Positions 18,369 through 27,889 of a stretch of DNA of 64,000 bases are shown piece after piece (the stretch's first letter is position 1; each line of letters begins with the position of its first letter). Made by a program: the position numbers and the translations under genes. The stretch lies in IMG/VR virus record IMGVR_UViG_3300037497_000123; one strand, 5' to 3'. The notes under the pieces are model-generated. The model saw nothing but the letters and a program-made list of their open reading frames with translations, was not told the DNA's origin and did not search any database. The stretch is from an uncultured virus (IMG/VR IMGVR_UViG_3300037497_000123). Its lineage: Duplodnaviria > Heunggongvirae > Uroviricota > Caudoviricetes.

Positions 18369-20867
18369 ATGGACATATTCACACCAGCAATACCGGTGAT
18401 TGAACTGCCGGCCCCACAAATGGTGAGGCTCCCCACGGGAGAGCCGTGTGTCATCACTCCAGCCACTCCCGGTGTGCCTCATCTGATTGAGCTTGACACC
18501 CTGGTCAAGCGAGTCGATGGGAAGGATGTTCGCATTCCCGTCAAGTACTTCTACCTCACACGGGATTCCGAACTCGATCACTATGAAGCCTGGCTGGCCC
18601 AATTGCCTCGCAATGCGGCTGGGGTTCGAGAAATTGCGTGGGACACTGAGACGTCGGATTTGGAAGCTCGCCGGGGGCAGGTAGCCACGGAGCAGATTGG
18701 GAATCCCTTGGTGTTGGATCGCCGGGTGTATGTGTGTGATATCCGATTGCTGTCGGCTACCGGCCTCGCTCGGTATCTCGCCCCCATCAATGATCCCACG
18801 TTTCTCAAGCTCGGCCAAAATCTTGGCTTTGAGTGTTCCTGGGGCATGTACCACTTCAAGCTGGTTCCTCAAAATCTCTATTGCACCCAAGTGGCGGAGT
18901 TAGTGTTGCGCGCGGGGTTGTATGAAGGAGGTCAGGGCGGTCGAGGAACTGGTGGGGATGAAGGGGGAAATCGTCGGGCATATGGAGCCACGTCCATGGC
19001 CAAACTCTTGCGGCGCTATTGTGGACCCTTTGAGATTGACAAGGACACGGAGTTGCGGACGTCCTTTTATAGCACACATCCTGGCACTCATTCGGTACGG
19101 CAGATTGTATACGCCGGCAGTGATTGTGTGCACCCGTTTTTCATCCGAGAAGGGCAGCGTCCGGAAATTGAAGCGCGGCGGGTGCGGTCCACGCTGGCGG
19201 TAGAGTTCCCGCTCATTCCGATTTTGGCGTCCATGGAACTGGACGGCATGGCCTTCAACTCGGAAGCTTGGATTCTTCTGTGGCACAAAGCTGTTTTGGC
19301 TCATGAGGAAGCTGAGCGGAAACTGGATGAACTCTTCCTTGGGGTAGAAGGGAATTTGTTTGGGAAGGATGCAGGGGGCTCTGAACGAAAGGTGTGCAAC
19401 ATTTGCCTTGGGCATGGTACTCGCCCAGCAGGAGAAGGCTGGCGTCGCAAAGAAGTAGAGTGTGACCAGTGTTCGGGCACCGGCCGTATTGGGGGTGGCA
19501 TTCGTCCGATCTACATGGGGGGAACTCGGAATGCTAAACCGAAACCCCTCAACTGGGGATCACCAGTGCAGGTCAAGTGGGCGATACGACAGTACTGTGA
19601 GAAGATTGGGTGGCAGCACACTTTGATCATGACTCCCGCTCAGTTGATCAAAGTCAAGCGGCTGTTGGGGGAGGAATGGTTGCTAAAGCGGAAGAAATTC
19701 CCGCTGGATAAAGAGGGAATGCCGACGTGTACAATCCAGGAACTGGATGAGGAGATTGTGGATGAGGTACCAGAGTATCTCATCCCCGAAGACACCCATT
19801 GCATTCTGTTGTCGACCTTGTCAGATATTTTGACACTTCGAATGTTGCGAAAGCAGCTACCGAAGAAGTTGGTGGATTTGTTGTTGGAGTTCAACGACCA
19901 AAAAGCGAAACTGGGCACGTTTGGCCGGAAATTCCTCGAGAATGTCCACGCGGATGGTCGGGTGCGGTTCAAGTTCAACCAGGCAATCACGTCAACGGGG
20001 CGCCTGTCCGCGAGTCCCAACTCGATGAACATCCCCCGTGAGAAAGCCTATCGGTATTGTTTCATTGCCGGTCCCGGCATGAAGTTGTGTATTGCGGATT
20101 ACTCACAGCAGGAACCCCGCACGTCGGCCTATGTGTCTCGGGATTCTGTGTTCCTGAAGAACTACGAGCGGGGAGACGACCTCTACATCACGGTGGCGGA
20201 GGAGATGTTGGGGTATCGACCCGATGTGAAATCGGAAGACAAGGAGTTCAAGGCCAGGTCAGTGAAAGACCGGCAAGCGATCAAGTCGACTAGTCTGGGT
20301 CTCAACTACCGGATGGGTCCGGGTAAGCTGCGGGATAAGCTCACGCTTGACACCATGGAACCCTGGACGTTTGAAGCCGCTGCGGAGTTGCACAAGGGGT
20401 ATCTCACGAAGTGTTCTGGGATCAAGGAGTACCAGGAGCAGTGTTTTGCCCTAGCAGATCCAGAGAGTGAGTCCGTGGTGCGTATTTGGGACGTCATGAT
20501 CAACGAGGCCGTGACCTTTATTGAATCTCCCTGTGGGCGCAAGCGGTTTTTCCCGCCGGATTCCCGCAATGTGTATACTGAGGCCTGCAACCATCCAATT
20601 CAAGGTTGTGGAGCCACCATGACCAAGGCTGCCATGGTCCTGATTGATCGGGAAGTCAGCCGCCGGGGTTGGCGGGGGCGGGCACGATTGGTGAACGCCA
20701 TCCACGATGAACTGGTCATGGAAGCGGAGGCGGCGATTGCACCAGAAGTGGCCACGATGATGAAAGAGCAAATGGAACGGGCGGGGGCATTCTACATCAA
20801 GGATGTAAAAATCGTGGCGTCATTTCCGACGTCCGATGGGACAGCGGACATGTGGGTCAAGGACTAA
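18369..20867 (+). CDS. polA: family A DNA polymerase with 3'-5' exonuclease
   Basis: DTET, GQN..FE, YA..D, TGRLS, ADYSQQEPR, R...K...LG..Y, NHPIQG, IHDE. Confidence 0.95.
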   Translation: MDIFTPAIPVIELPAPQMVRLPTGEPCVITPATPGVPHLIELDTLVKRVDGKDVRIPVKYFYLTRDSELDHYEAWLAQLPRNAAGVREIAWDTETSDLEARRGQVATEQIGNPLVLDRRVYVCDIRLLSATGLARYLAPINDPTFLKLGQNLGFECSWGMYHFKLVPQNLYCTQVAELVLRAGLYEGGQGGRGTGGDEGGNRRAYGATSMAKLLRRYCGPFEIDKDTELRTSFYSTHPGTHSVRQIVYAGSDCVHPFFIREGQRPEIEARRVRSTLAVEFPLIPILASMELDGMAFNSEAWILLWHKAVLAHEEAERKLDELFLGVEGNLFGKDAGGSERKVCNICLGHGTRPAGEGWRRKEVECDQCSGTGRIGGGIRPIYMGGTRNAKPKPLNWGSPVQVKWAIRQYCEKIGWQHTLIMTPAQLIKVKRLLGEEWLLKRKKFPLDKEGMPTCTIQELDEEIVDEVPEYLIPEDTHCILLSTLSDILTLRMLRKQLPKKLVDLLLEFNDQKAKLGTFGRKFLENVHADGRVRFKFNQAITSTGRLSASPNSMNIPREKAYRYCFIAGPGMKLCIADYSQQEPRTSAYVSRDSVFLKNYERGDDLYITVAEEMLGYRPDVKSEDKEFKARSVKDRQAIKSTSLGLNYRMGPGKLRDKLTLDTMEPWTFEAAAELHKGYLTKCSGIKEYQEQCFALADPESESVVRIWDVMINEAVTFIESPCGRKRFFPPDSRNVYTEACNHPIQGCGATMTKAAMVLIDREVSRRGWRGRARLVNAIHDELVMEAEAAIAPEVATMMKEQMERAGAFYIKDVKIVASFPTSDGTADMWVKD

Positions 20868-20868
20868 A

Positions 20869-21258
20869 ATGGAAACTGAAAAGCCCAAAGAATTGCCCAA
20901 GGGTCAGCGGCGAGCAGCAAGGGCGGCCGAACTCAAGAAAGTGCAGAAGCAGCAGCAGGAGTTGGAACAGCGTCGGCAACTAGGAGAGCTGCAGCCTCCT
21001 CCCAAAACCTCCAAGACGGGTGGGGTGTTGATTTGGTCCCATAAATCCAGGGGCAACGTCTTGTACACGATGTACACCATCATTGGCAAGTTTACTCCGA
21101 GTACACAGCCGTCTCGGAATCCTGCGCGGGAGTTGCGTCGGAGTTACGGACCCATGAGCGGAAAACAGTGGGAGCGTTTGCGACGGGACTTGCAGCGCAT
21201 GCAGGTGAGCGCGGAACTATCTCCTGCACTCGAAGTCAGTCGAGCGGAGCATGAGTGA
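20869..21258 (+). CDS. hypothetical protein
   Basis: AAGGA RBS + ATG. Confidence 0.55.
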   Translation: METEKPKELPKGQRRAARAAELKKVQKQQQELEQRRQLGELQPPPKTSKTGGVLIWSHKSRGNVLYTMYTIIGKFTPSTQPSRNPARELRRSYGPMSGKQWERLRRDLQRMQVSAELSPALEVSRAEHE

Positions 21259-22153
21259 GGTCAACTTCTGTACCCGGTGTAAAAAAGGTACAGAGGAGTA
21301 TGACTACATCCGCAGTCCGGTTGATACTGAGAGCCAGTTGCATTGTCCTGCGTGTGCGGTGGAGTTGTGGGATTGTAACGTGAGGTTCATTTGGCATCTC
21401 GGGGTGCCCGACACGATTCGGCAGCATCTTCAGTCTTTCAAAATGCTGCGGAAATTTCAGCGATGGTTCCGCAGTAGTCGACGCTTTTATGTGCACGTGT
21501 TTCATCGACTGGAATCCGATAACGTCGATTGGATGTCCCGGTGGAGTACCCACACGAAGCCGGCTCCACCCTACAGCTATCGAGGGTGGTGTTCCTATGA
21601 TTACACGGTGTTGTTGTGGGATGACACGGAAACCTCCCAGTCGATCGAGTGGATTTTGTACCACGAACTGGGACACTATGTGTGTAGTCAAGTGGCTTAC
21701 ATGTTTGACACGGCCATGGACCTAGAGAATCAGTTGGAGGGGCGGGGACCCTACGAGTGGAAGGACGACACAATGCATGAAGCGGATTCCGAGGAACGTC
21801 TTGTGAATCGTGTTGCTACGGCCCTAATGGGCGGGCAGGAGCGGGCTCGGCCGTGGTGGCGCCCGCGCGTGACGGCTAAACAGCGAGGCTATTTGGTGTT
21901 GCCGGACGGGTTTGCTCCGCCCAATTCCGCAGAGTTTCGCTTGTTTTGCCTAGCGCGTAAGGAGGGCTGGGCTTCTCCTTTACCAATCCTCGGCCTAGAT
22001 GAAGCGGCCGTGGCAACGGGAATGCAGTGGCTGTCCGAACATCCTATGCCGGTTGAACTTGGGCGCCAAGAAGGGTTTCGGGATGTGCTTGAGAGTGTCT
22101 ACGATGCGGTCCAGGTGTTAGGGCCAATGACAGGTACCCTGATGGTTGAATGA
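21251..22153 (+). CDS. zinc ribbon + HExxH metallopeptidase-like protein
   Basis: CTRC/CPAC; LYHELGH with downstream EE. Confidence 0.65.
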   Translation: MSEVNFCTRCKKGTEEYDYIRSPVDTESQLHCPACAVELWDCNVRFIWHLGVPDTIRQHLQSFKMLRKFQRWFRSSRRFYVHVFHRLESDNVDWMSRWSTHTKPAPPYSYRGWCSYDYTVLLWDDTETSQSIEWILYHELGHYVCSQVAYMFDTAMDLENQLEGRGPYEWKDDTMHEADSEERLVNRVATALMGGQERARPWWRPRVTAKQRGYLVLPDGFAPPNSAEFRLFCLARKEGWASPLPILGLDEAAVATGMQWLSEHPMPVELGRQEGFRDVLESVYDAVQVLGPMTGTLMVE

Positions 22154-22425
22154 CCTCCGATAATCCGACGTCGAAGTTTGACTTCGACCGGGACGGGCCG
22201 TTGAAGGTGGTGGGACATATTTGGTGGAATAAGGACGGGCGGTGGCGGCGGTTTGTGGTTCGGCGGCCGGTATTGTCCCCTAAGGCTACAATTCATGAGA
22301 CCTATCTGGTGGTGGATCCGAAGGAGTTCTGCCCCGCCTGTCTCAGCCAAAATGTTCGCCGGGCACCCCCAAACAAGTGGGAGTGTCTGACGTGTCATAT
22401 TCGGTGGTGGTGGCTCAAAGAGTGA
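22150..22425 (+). CDS. small zinc-ribbon protein
   Basis: CPAC...CLTC. Confidence 0.5.
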   Translation: MTSDNPTSKFDFDRDGPLKVVGHIWWNKDGRWRRFVVRRPVLSPKATIHETYLVVDPKEFCPACLSQNVRRAPPNKWECLTCHIRWWWLKE

Positions 22426-22450
22426 TGAAACGGCCTCCTCGAGCGTCTCT
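22422..22450 (+). promoter_or_regulatory. class 1 promoter-like motif
   Basis: GTGATGA-N15-CGTCTCT. Confidence 0.75.
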
Positions 22451-22482
22451 CTAGTAGAGGGAACCGCATACGGGAGGCCGTC

Positions 22483-22746
22483 TTGGCACGAAAACCTCAG
22501 TTTGATTACGCAGATCTGGATTCCGACGAAACCCGCAAAATCTATCGGAAGTTGCTTGGGCGGGATGTCACCGCGTTCCACGTGTGGAAAGCAGAAACTC
22601 CTACTCGACGTGGGCTGTCGGTAGAGGGGGCTTTTGCTTCTTGGTGGTTGCAAAAAGGCAACATTGCTTTCCGGGACACCAGCCATGCCGTCCGTTATCG
22701 GCAAGAACTGCTAGCCGCTATACAGACGGTGCAGGAGGACATATGA
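22483..22746 (+). CDS. hypothetical protein
   Basis: GGGAGG + TTG. Confidence 0.55.
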   Translation: MARKPQFDYADLDSDETRKIYRKLLGRDVTAFHVWKAETPTRRGLSVEGAFASWWLQKGNIAFRDTSHAVRYRQELLAAIQTVQEDI

Positions 22747-22985
22747 GCGTATTTTCGCAGCGGATGATCGCGGAGTTAGCGCGGGCACGCGCGAAACACC
22801 CCAGAAAGCAGGCCAGTTTCCACGAGGGTTACGCCGTCCTGTTGGAAGAAGTTGACGAGTTCTGGGACTGGGTCAAAAAGCGTTCTTCGCAGAGAAATTC
22901 CAAGAAGATGTTGGAAGAGCTAGTCCAGATAGCGGCGATGGCAAATCGGACGGCTGAGGACTTCGGGCTTGTGGGGCGCAAGTGA
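22743..22985 (+). CDS. MazG-like NTP pyrophosphohydrolase
   Basis: LLEEVDE...EELVQIAAMA. Confidence 0.75.
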   Translation: MSVFSQRMIAELARARAKHPRKQASFHEGYAVLLEEVDEFWDWVKKRSSQRNSKKMLEELVQIAAMANRTAEDFGLVGRK

Positions 22986-23518
22986 CCGCCGAAAAGGCGC
23001 GGGCGAAAGAAGCTCAGTTCTTTGAAGGGCTCCAGGTGCCTGTCAATCCGAACTATGACTTCGAGAAGGATCCGTCCCTTCAAACAGATTACGCTAATCC
23101 GGTGATGCTGAGCAACAAGCTGGTGTTGTATGCCAACGCCTTGTTGCAAATCACTAAAGGTGTGATGGGGTTGGCGCGGAGGCGGGAAGGTTTGCGGTTG
23201 GAACGACGGACATCGGAACTTAAGCTAAATGCGATGCGCCGGGAGGTGCTCGCCCAGAACCCAGCGCCCCCGGCGGCTTCCAAGAACCTCGCGTTAACGG
23301 AAGCCTATGTGTTTCGATGCTTGGAATCCAATGGAGTGATTGACCTGTGGAAGGCCTTGGAGGCTACGGTCAATCGTCTGGAGGATGAGATCGAGGGGTT
23401 GAAGCAAGAGGAAGACAATCTCAAATACTCCGTGCACACGATCAAGCTTGCTTCTGAGAATATCACGAACAAGTTGTCATATGTGAAAGCGGAAGCCAAA
23501 ATGGGTTTTGGTGGATAG
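22982..23518 (+). CDS. coiled-coil protein, possibly UvsY-like recombination mediator
   Basis: All-helical; C-terminal NI...LSYVKAEA; located near recA. Confidence 0.4.
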   Translation: MTAEKARAKEAQFFEGLQVPVNPNYDFEKDPSLQTDYANPVMLSNKLVLYANALLQITKGVMGLARRREGLRLERRTSELKLNAMRREVLAQNPAPPAASKNLALTEAYVFRCLESNGVIDLWKALEATVNRLEDEIEGLKQEEDNLKYSVHTIKLASENITNKLSYVKAEAKMGFGG

Positions 23519-23840
23519 TCGATTTGGGGATGACCACTTTGTTCAAGAAGATCCGAAGAACATCCCCGAAGCGGTCCGTCGAGAAGTCTTCGATCGCGAT
23601 AACCATCAATGTCAAAGCTGTGGTACCGCCGGGGACAACCGACTTCAACTCCATCACATCGAGTACCGAAGTCGTGGGGGCCTACATCAAACCCCTAATC
23701 TTGTCACCCTCTGTTTCCGCTGCCACCGCCTAGTTCACGAAGCGTTTCTTGACGTTGAATTCATCGAGTGGCGACCAGGGGACTGGGCAATCTTCTGTCG
23801 AGTTCTTCAACGACGCAATGGTCGGGATCCCCGATTCTAA
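23508..23840 (+). CDS. HNH endonuclease
   Basis: RD..QCQSCG, HHI..RS.GG, NL.TLC..CH. Confidence 0.9.
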   Translation: MVDSRFGDDHFVQEDPKNIPEAVRREVFDRDNHQCQSCGTAGDNRLQLHHIEYRSRGGLHQTPNLVTLCFRCHRLVHEAFLDVEFIEWRPGDWAIFCRVLQRRNGRDPRF

Positions 23841-23876
23841 CGAGCACGCGAAAGCGGCTCTCACCAGGAGAACGTA

Positions 23877-24371
23877 GTGAGAATTCCAGACATCAAGAAG
23901 TACATCACCGAACTTGGAGCGCTACTCGCAGAGCATGACCAGGCAGAATCCGGTGTGCAGCAAATCACGGCTGTGTTGAGAGCCGCTGATGCTTCCGGGG
24001 ATCATCAACAGGAACTGGCACTAGTGCGTCAGCGCCAGGGGATGGAGAAACAGCTTGGGGATTTTGCCAAGGCCGTTTCGGCCCATGCGCGTACCGGAGA
24101 CGTAGAGGCTGCGCGGGTGCTCGATTTGGATTTGCGAATTCGTGTCAAGTCAGCCATGGATGATTTTAACCGCTTGCGGGCAATGTTGGCGGACTTCGAA
24201 TTCAAGGTGGAGACGTCGGCGTTTGCTCCAGAGCCAGCAGAAGGGCAGGCACCTCAGGGTCTTACGCGGGCGGCGGCGGAGGCGGAGTTGGATCGGCAAC
24301 GGACGACGGTCGACAAGCGAGTGGAACTGGCCTCCCGGCTGGTTCCAGATCGGCCGGTGGTGTTGCTGTAG
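23877..24371 (+). CDS. hypothetical helical protein
   Basis: AGGAG + GTG. Confidence 0.55.
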   Translation: MRIPDIKKYITELGALLAEHDQAESGVQQITAVLRAADASGDHQQELALVRQRQGMEKQLGDFAKAVSAHARTGDVEAARVLDLDLRIRVKSAMDDFNRLRAMLADFEFKVETSAFAPEPAEGQAPQGLTRAAAEAELDRQRTTVDKRVELASRLVPDRPVVLL

Positions 24372-24381
24372 TGGCTGACCT

Positions 24382-24840
24382 ATGAGTGACCGCAAAAACT
24401 CAAATCCAAAAGATAAAATTGGTGGTACAAAGCTGCCTATGAATCTTTGGCCGGCTTCAGCAACCGCCTTGGGGTGCTTAGGTCTCCTAGACGGTGCTTT
24501 GAAATACGGGAAAAAAAATTGGAGGCATGCCGGAGTGCGAGCCTCTATTTATGTGGATGCGCTTTCCCGGCACATTTCTCGCTGGCACGAAGGAGAGGAC
24601 ACAGATAGTGACAGCGGGCTTCCTCATTTAGCGCACGCACTAGCTTGTCTAGCCATTTTGGTAGATGCTCAAATGGTGGGAAAGTTGGAGGATGACCGAG
24701 AATTCAATGGGGAATCTTATCCAAAGTATTTGACGGCGCTGACTCCCCATGTTGAAAGACTCAAACAGATTCATGCCGGTAAAAATCCCAAACATTTCAC
24801 TATCGCGGATAACGCCGCTGAGCTACCAGGGTCCCCATGA
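24382..24840 (+). CDS. dATP/dGTP diphosphohydrolase (DUF5664-like)
   Basis: NPKD.IG..K, GALKYG..NW, RH...W..GED.D.DSGLPHLAHA. Confidence 0.85.
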   Translation: MSDRKNSNPKDKIGGTKLPMNLWPASATALGCLGLLDGALKYGKKNWRHAGVRASIYVDALSRHISRWHEGEDTDSDSGLPHLAHALACLAILVDAQMVGKLEDDREFNGESYPKYLTALTPHVERLKQIHAGKNPKHFTIADNAAELPGSP

Positions 24841-25544
24841 AGGATCTGATAGCGGACCTTGATGGGACGATCGTTACCTGTGGTCGCTACTACAGCGAGG
24901 CTTGTCAGGATGTCACGACTCGGATCGCGGAGAAGTATCAGGTAGAGGCTACCCTTGTTCGAGAGCTGATTGACCACCTGGACATTTGGGCCATTCGTGC
25001 TAACCAAGTCGATGGGTTTCGGAAGGAACGGTTCCCTCGCTCCTTGGCAGCGGCGGTAGCAGCCGTGCAGTACATCGCCCACGGTGAAGTGACCTTGGAG
25101 GATTGTGAGTGGGCGTACCACCGAGCAAACCAAGTGTTCAGCGCCTTGTATGAACCTTTTCCCGGTGCGATTGACACCCTCCGATCTTACAAGGATGCGG
25201 GGTGGCGTGTGTGGATTTTGACGAAGGGGGATCCGGATGTCCAGAACCCGAAGATCTACAAAAACGGGCTTGACACTGTTGTGACGGGGTGGGAGGTAGT
25301 TCCCCGGAAGAACGTGGATATCCTTCGGACGTTTTGTGAGCAGCGCGGCATTGACATCACCACAGCAGTCTATGTGGGGGATTCGGTGCGGGATGACATG
25401 CAGTCCGCTGCCAAGGTAGGGATGCAGGCGATTCGTGTGGAGACCGATCCCCAGGACAACTGGGTCCACGAGCAAATCGAAGACCCTTGGTCCAATGCGG
25501 TGATTCTCACCCTCAAAGATTTACCCTCGGTGGTCCCTCAATGA
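24837..25544 (+). CDS. HAD-superfamily hydrolase
   Basis: DLDGT, LTKGD, K, YVGDS..DD. Confidence 0.9.
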   Translation: MKDLIADLDGTIVTCGRYYSEACQDVTTRIAEKYQVEATLVRELIDHLDIWAIRANQVDGFRKERFPRSLAAAVAAVQYIAHGEVTLEDCEWAYHRANQVFSALYEPFPGAIDTLRSYKDAGWRVWILTKGDPDVQNPKIYKNGLDTVVTGWEVVPRKNVDILRTFCEQRGIDITTAVYVGDSVRDDMQSAAKVGMQAIRVETDPQDNWVHEQIEDPWSNAVILTLKDLPSVVPQ

Positions 25545-26578
25545 AAGAGAAAGAGAAGAAAGAGTCGAAGGAACTTTCGAAGGAAACGGACAAGGAAAAA
25601 GCGTTAGCTCAGGCTATGGCCCAGATCGATAAGGACTGTGGTCGGGGGTCGATCATGGAACTGGGATCGGCGTCGATCCAACCGGTCGATGCCATTTCTA
25701 CGGGATCAATCACCCTGGATTGGGCCACGGGGATCGGGGGTATTCCTCGGGGTCGTATCACGGAGATTTACGGAACCGAGTCGGGGGGTAAGACCACCTT
25801 GTGTCTCCAAGTGATTGCCACCGCCCAGCGTGCCGGCGGCCGTGCGTATTTCATTGACGCGGAACACGCACTTGACTTGGAGTATGCGAAGAAATTGGGG
25901 GTGGATGTGGATCGCCTGATTTTCTCTCAGCCGGATACGGGGGAGCAGGCCCTCGAGATGTGTGAGACAATGGTGAGGTCCGGCGCCGTAGACATTATTG
26001 TGGTGGACTCGGTGGCGGCGCTTGTTCCCAAAGCGGAGATCGATGGGGACATGGGGGATGCCCAAATGGGATTGCAAGCCCGGCTTATGAGTCAGGCTTG
26101 TCGAAAGCTCACAGGTCCTGTCGCAAAAACCAATACCGCCCTGGTGTTCATCAACCAGATGCGAGAGAAGCTTGGAGTGATGTTCGGGTCACCGGAAACC
26201 ACAACTGGGGGAAAGGCTCTTAAGTACTATGCGTCCATGCGTCTCGATATTCGGCGCATTGGGCCGGTGAAAGACAAAGAGGTGGAGGTTGGGTCCCAGG
26301 TTCGTGTCAAGGTAGTGAAGAACAAGTGTGGGGCGCCTCACCGGAAAGCCGAGTTCGACTTGCTTCACGGAGAGGGGATTAGCCGGGAAGCTCTGCTCGT
26401 GGACGAAGGGGAGCGCTTCGGGTTGATTGAGAAATCGGGGGCGTGGTATGCCTACCAAGGGCAGAAAATCGGACAAGGGCGGGAGAACGCTCGCTTGTGG
26501 CTCAAGGACAACCCCAAGGTTGCCAAAGAGATTGACACAGCGTTACGAAAGAATCTCGGGCTTCCCGAGGTGAAGTGA
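25541..26578 (+). CDS. recA: recombinase RecA
   Basis: [37 protein letters not shown]. Confidence 0.98.
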   Translation: MKEKEKKESKELSKETDKEKALAQAMAQIDKDCGRGSIMELGSASIQPVDAISTGSITLDWATGIGGIPRGRITEIYGTESGGKTTLCLQVIATAQRAGGRAYFIDAEHALDLEYAKKLGVDVDRLIFSQPDTGEQALEMCETMVRSGAVDIIVVDSVAALVPKAEIDGDMGDAQMGLQARLMSQACRKLTGPVAKTNTALVFINQMREKLGVMFGSPETTTGGKALKYYASMRLDIRRIGPVKDKEVEVGSQVRVKVVKNKCGAPHRKAEFDLLHGEGISREALLVDEGERFGLIEKSGAWYAYQGQKIGQGRENARLWLKDNPKVAKEIDTALRKNLGLPEVK

Positions 26579-27168
26579 GCCGCGCCGGGCAGCCGGCGCG
26601 GAAGCCCCGCACAAAACGACGAACCGGTAGTGAGGCGGAGTGCGTGTTGGCGCTTGACACCTCGAGCACGTGCGTAGGGTATGCCGTGTTTGAAAATGGC
26701 ACCCTCCGGCATCACGGGCGCTACCGGCAGGTTGATGGCGGCCATGGCGAACGTCTTGCCACGTTTCGGGAATGGTTGCGATCCCGTATCCACGAGTACA
26801 AACCCACCCACGTTGTGTACGAGAAGCCGTTTGCCGGCCGACGTCGGAATGCGTTCGGGGTGTTGACCATGTACGTCGCGGCCGTGCTGTTGGCACATTG
26901 GGAGATGTTTGCGATTGAAATGCCGGAGGCCCATGCGGTGCCGGCCCGAGAAGTGAAGCGACGGAACAAAATGCGGAAAGGCCAGGATCACGAAGCGAAT
27001 AAGAAAATCGCAGTGCTCCTGGCCAATCGTCTTTATGGGCTTCGGTTGAAGTTCAAGCCAAATGACAAAACAAAGAAGGTATCGCAGGATGATGAGGCTG
27101 ATGCCATTCTTCTGGGCAGAGCGTGGTTAATCACTGAGCGTCCAGGGTTGGTGGGAGAGCGTGAGTGA
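26575..27168 (+). CDS. RuvC-like Holliday junction resolvase
   Basis: LALD.S....GYA, VVYE, DDEADA. Confidence 0.85.
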   Translation: MSRAGQPARKPRTKRRTGSEAECVLALDTSSTCVGYAVFENGTLRHHGRYRQVDGGHGERLATFREWLRSRIHEYKPTHVVYEKPFAGRRRNAFGVLTMYVAAVLLAHWEMFAIEMPEAHAVPAREVKRRNKMRKGQDHEANKKIAVLLANRLYGLRLKFKPNDKTKKVSQDDEADAILLGRAWLITERPGLVGERE

Positions 27169-27446
27169 ACGAAGACGAACTCCTAGATAGTATAGCCGTA
27201 GAACGGGTACTCTCTCAACTGTCGGGAGTGGACCGGGTCATGATGTTGCTCGTCTATGGTATTGAATTTCCAGACGATTGGGGAGCCCGTCCGGTGACGT
27301 TCACCACGATTGGGGAGTACATCGGAATCAAGTTTGAGGGAGCGGCGTTGTCTGAGGCGGCTATTCGTTACCGCCGGGATGTGTTGTTACAGCGTCTGCG
27401 CGGAGGACTACGTCGATCTCGCCGTGGCCGAAAGAAATCTCTCTGA
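27165..27446 (+). CDS. stand-alone sigma70 region 4 (HTH) protein
   Basis: VLSQLS..DR.MM.L.YG...TF..IG...LS..AIR.....LL.RLR. Confidence 0.75.
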   Translation: MNEDELLDSIAVERVLSQLSGVDRVMMLLVYGIEFPDDWGARPVTFTTIGEYIGIKFEGAALSEAAIRYRRDVLLQRLRGGLRRSRRGRKKSL

Positions 27447-27482
27447 ATCGATAGAAATCAAGGAAAAATCATGAAAAACCAC

Positions 27483-27518
27483 TGCGTTCGCCTTGTTCAG
27501 GCCGCGACATACCCATAG
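27483..27518 (+). promoter_or_regulatory. class 2 promoter-like motif
   Basis: TGCG-N18-CGACATACCCATAG between the sigma4 and sigma2 genes. Confidence 0.65.
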
Positions 27519-27526
27519 AGGTACTC

Positions 27527-27889
27527 GTGAACGCTGCCCAATTTGATCAGTACTACAAACGCTACGCCAACGTCATTAAAGCCATTGCCCGCAAACTTGC
27601 TCGCCGGGATCAAGAACTCCACGATGATCTGGTGCAGGAAGGGTACATCCTTTTGTGGCGTATGGATTTGTCGCGAGTGAAGGATAATGAAGACGCGTGG
27701 ATTCGTCAGGCATGCTACAACCGAATGGTGTCGTTTTTGCGACCGGAACGCCGGCGAATGCACGAATCTTTGGATTCTTTAGTGGATCGGGGTGCTCAAG
27801 TAGTCGAGGATGGCACAGGGGTGCACATGGTCTCTCCAGGGCGAAAGCCTCGGCGGACACCAGACTGGGACGGGCCTGAGGAAGAATGA
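27527..27889 (+). CDS. stand-alone sigma70 region 2 protein (ECF-like)
   Basis: F..YY.RY...I..IA, DDLVQEG.I.LW, AW....CYN......R, SLD; no region 4 follows. Confidence 0.85.
   Translation: MNAAQFDQYYKRYANVIKAIARKLARRDQELHDDLVQEGYILLWRMDLSRVKDNEDAWIRQACYNRMVSFLRPERRRMHESLDSLVDRGAQVVEDGTGVHMVSPGRKPRRTPDWDGPEEE

Noticed and set aside
19390..19800. Intein in PolA
   Set aside because: No C-terminal HN-C/S/T splice junction or LAGLIDADG motifs seen
22743..24840. Z-genome (2-aminoadenine) system
   Set aside because: No PurZ or DatZ recognised in the window; these hydrolases are widespread on their own
27165..27889. Single sigma gene broken by frameshift or sequencing error
   Set aside because: The domain order is reversed (sigma4 before sigma2) and each ORF has its own RBS
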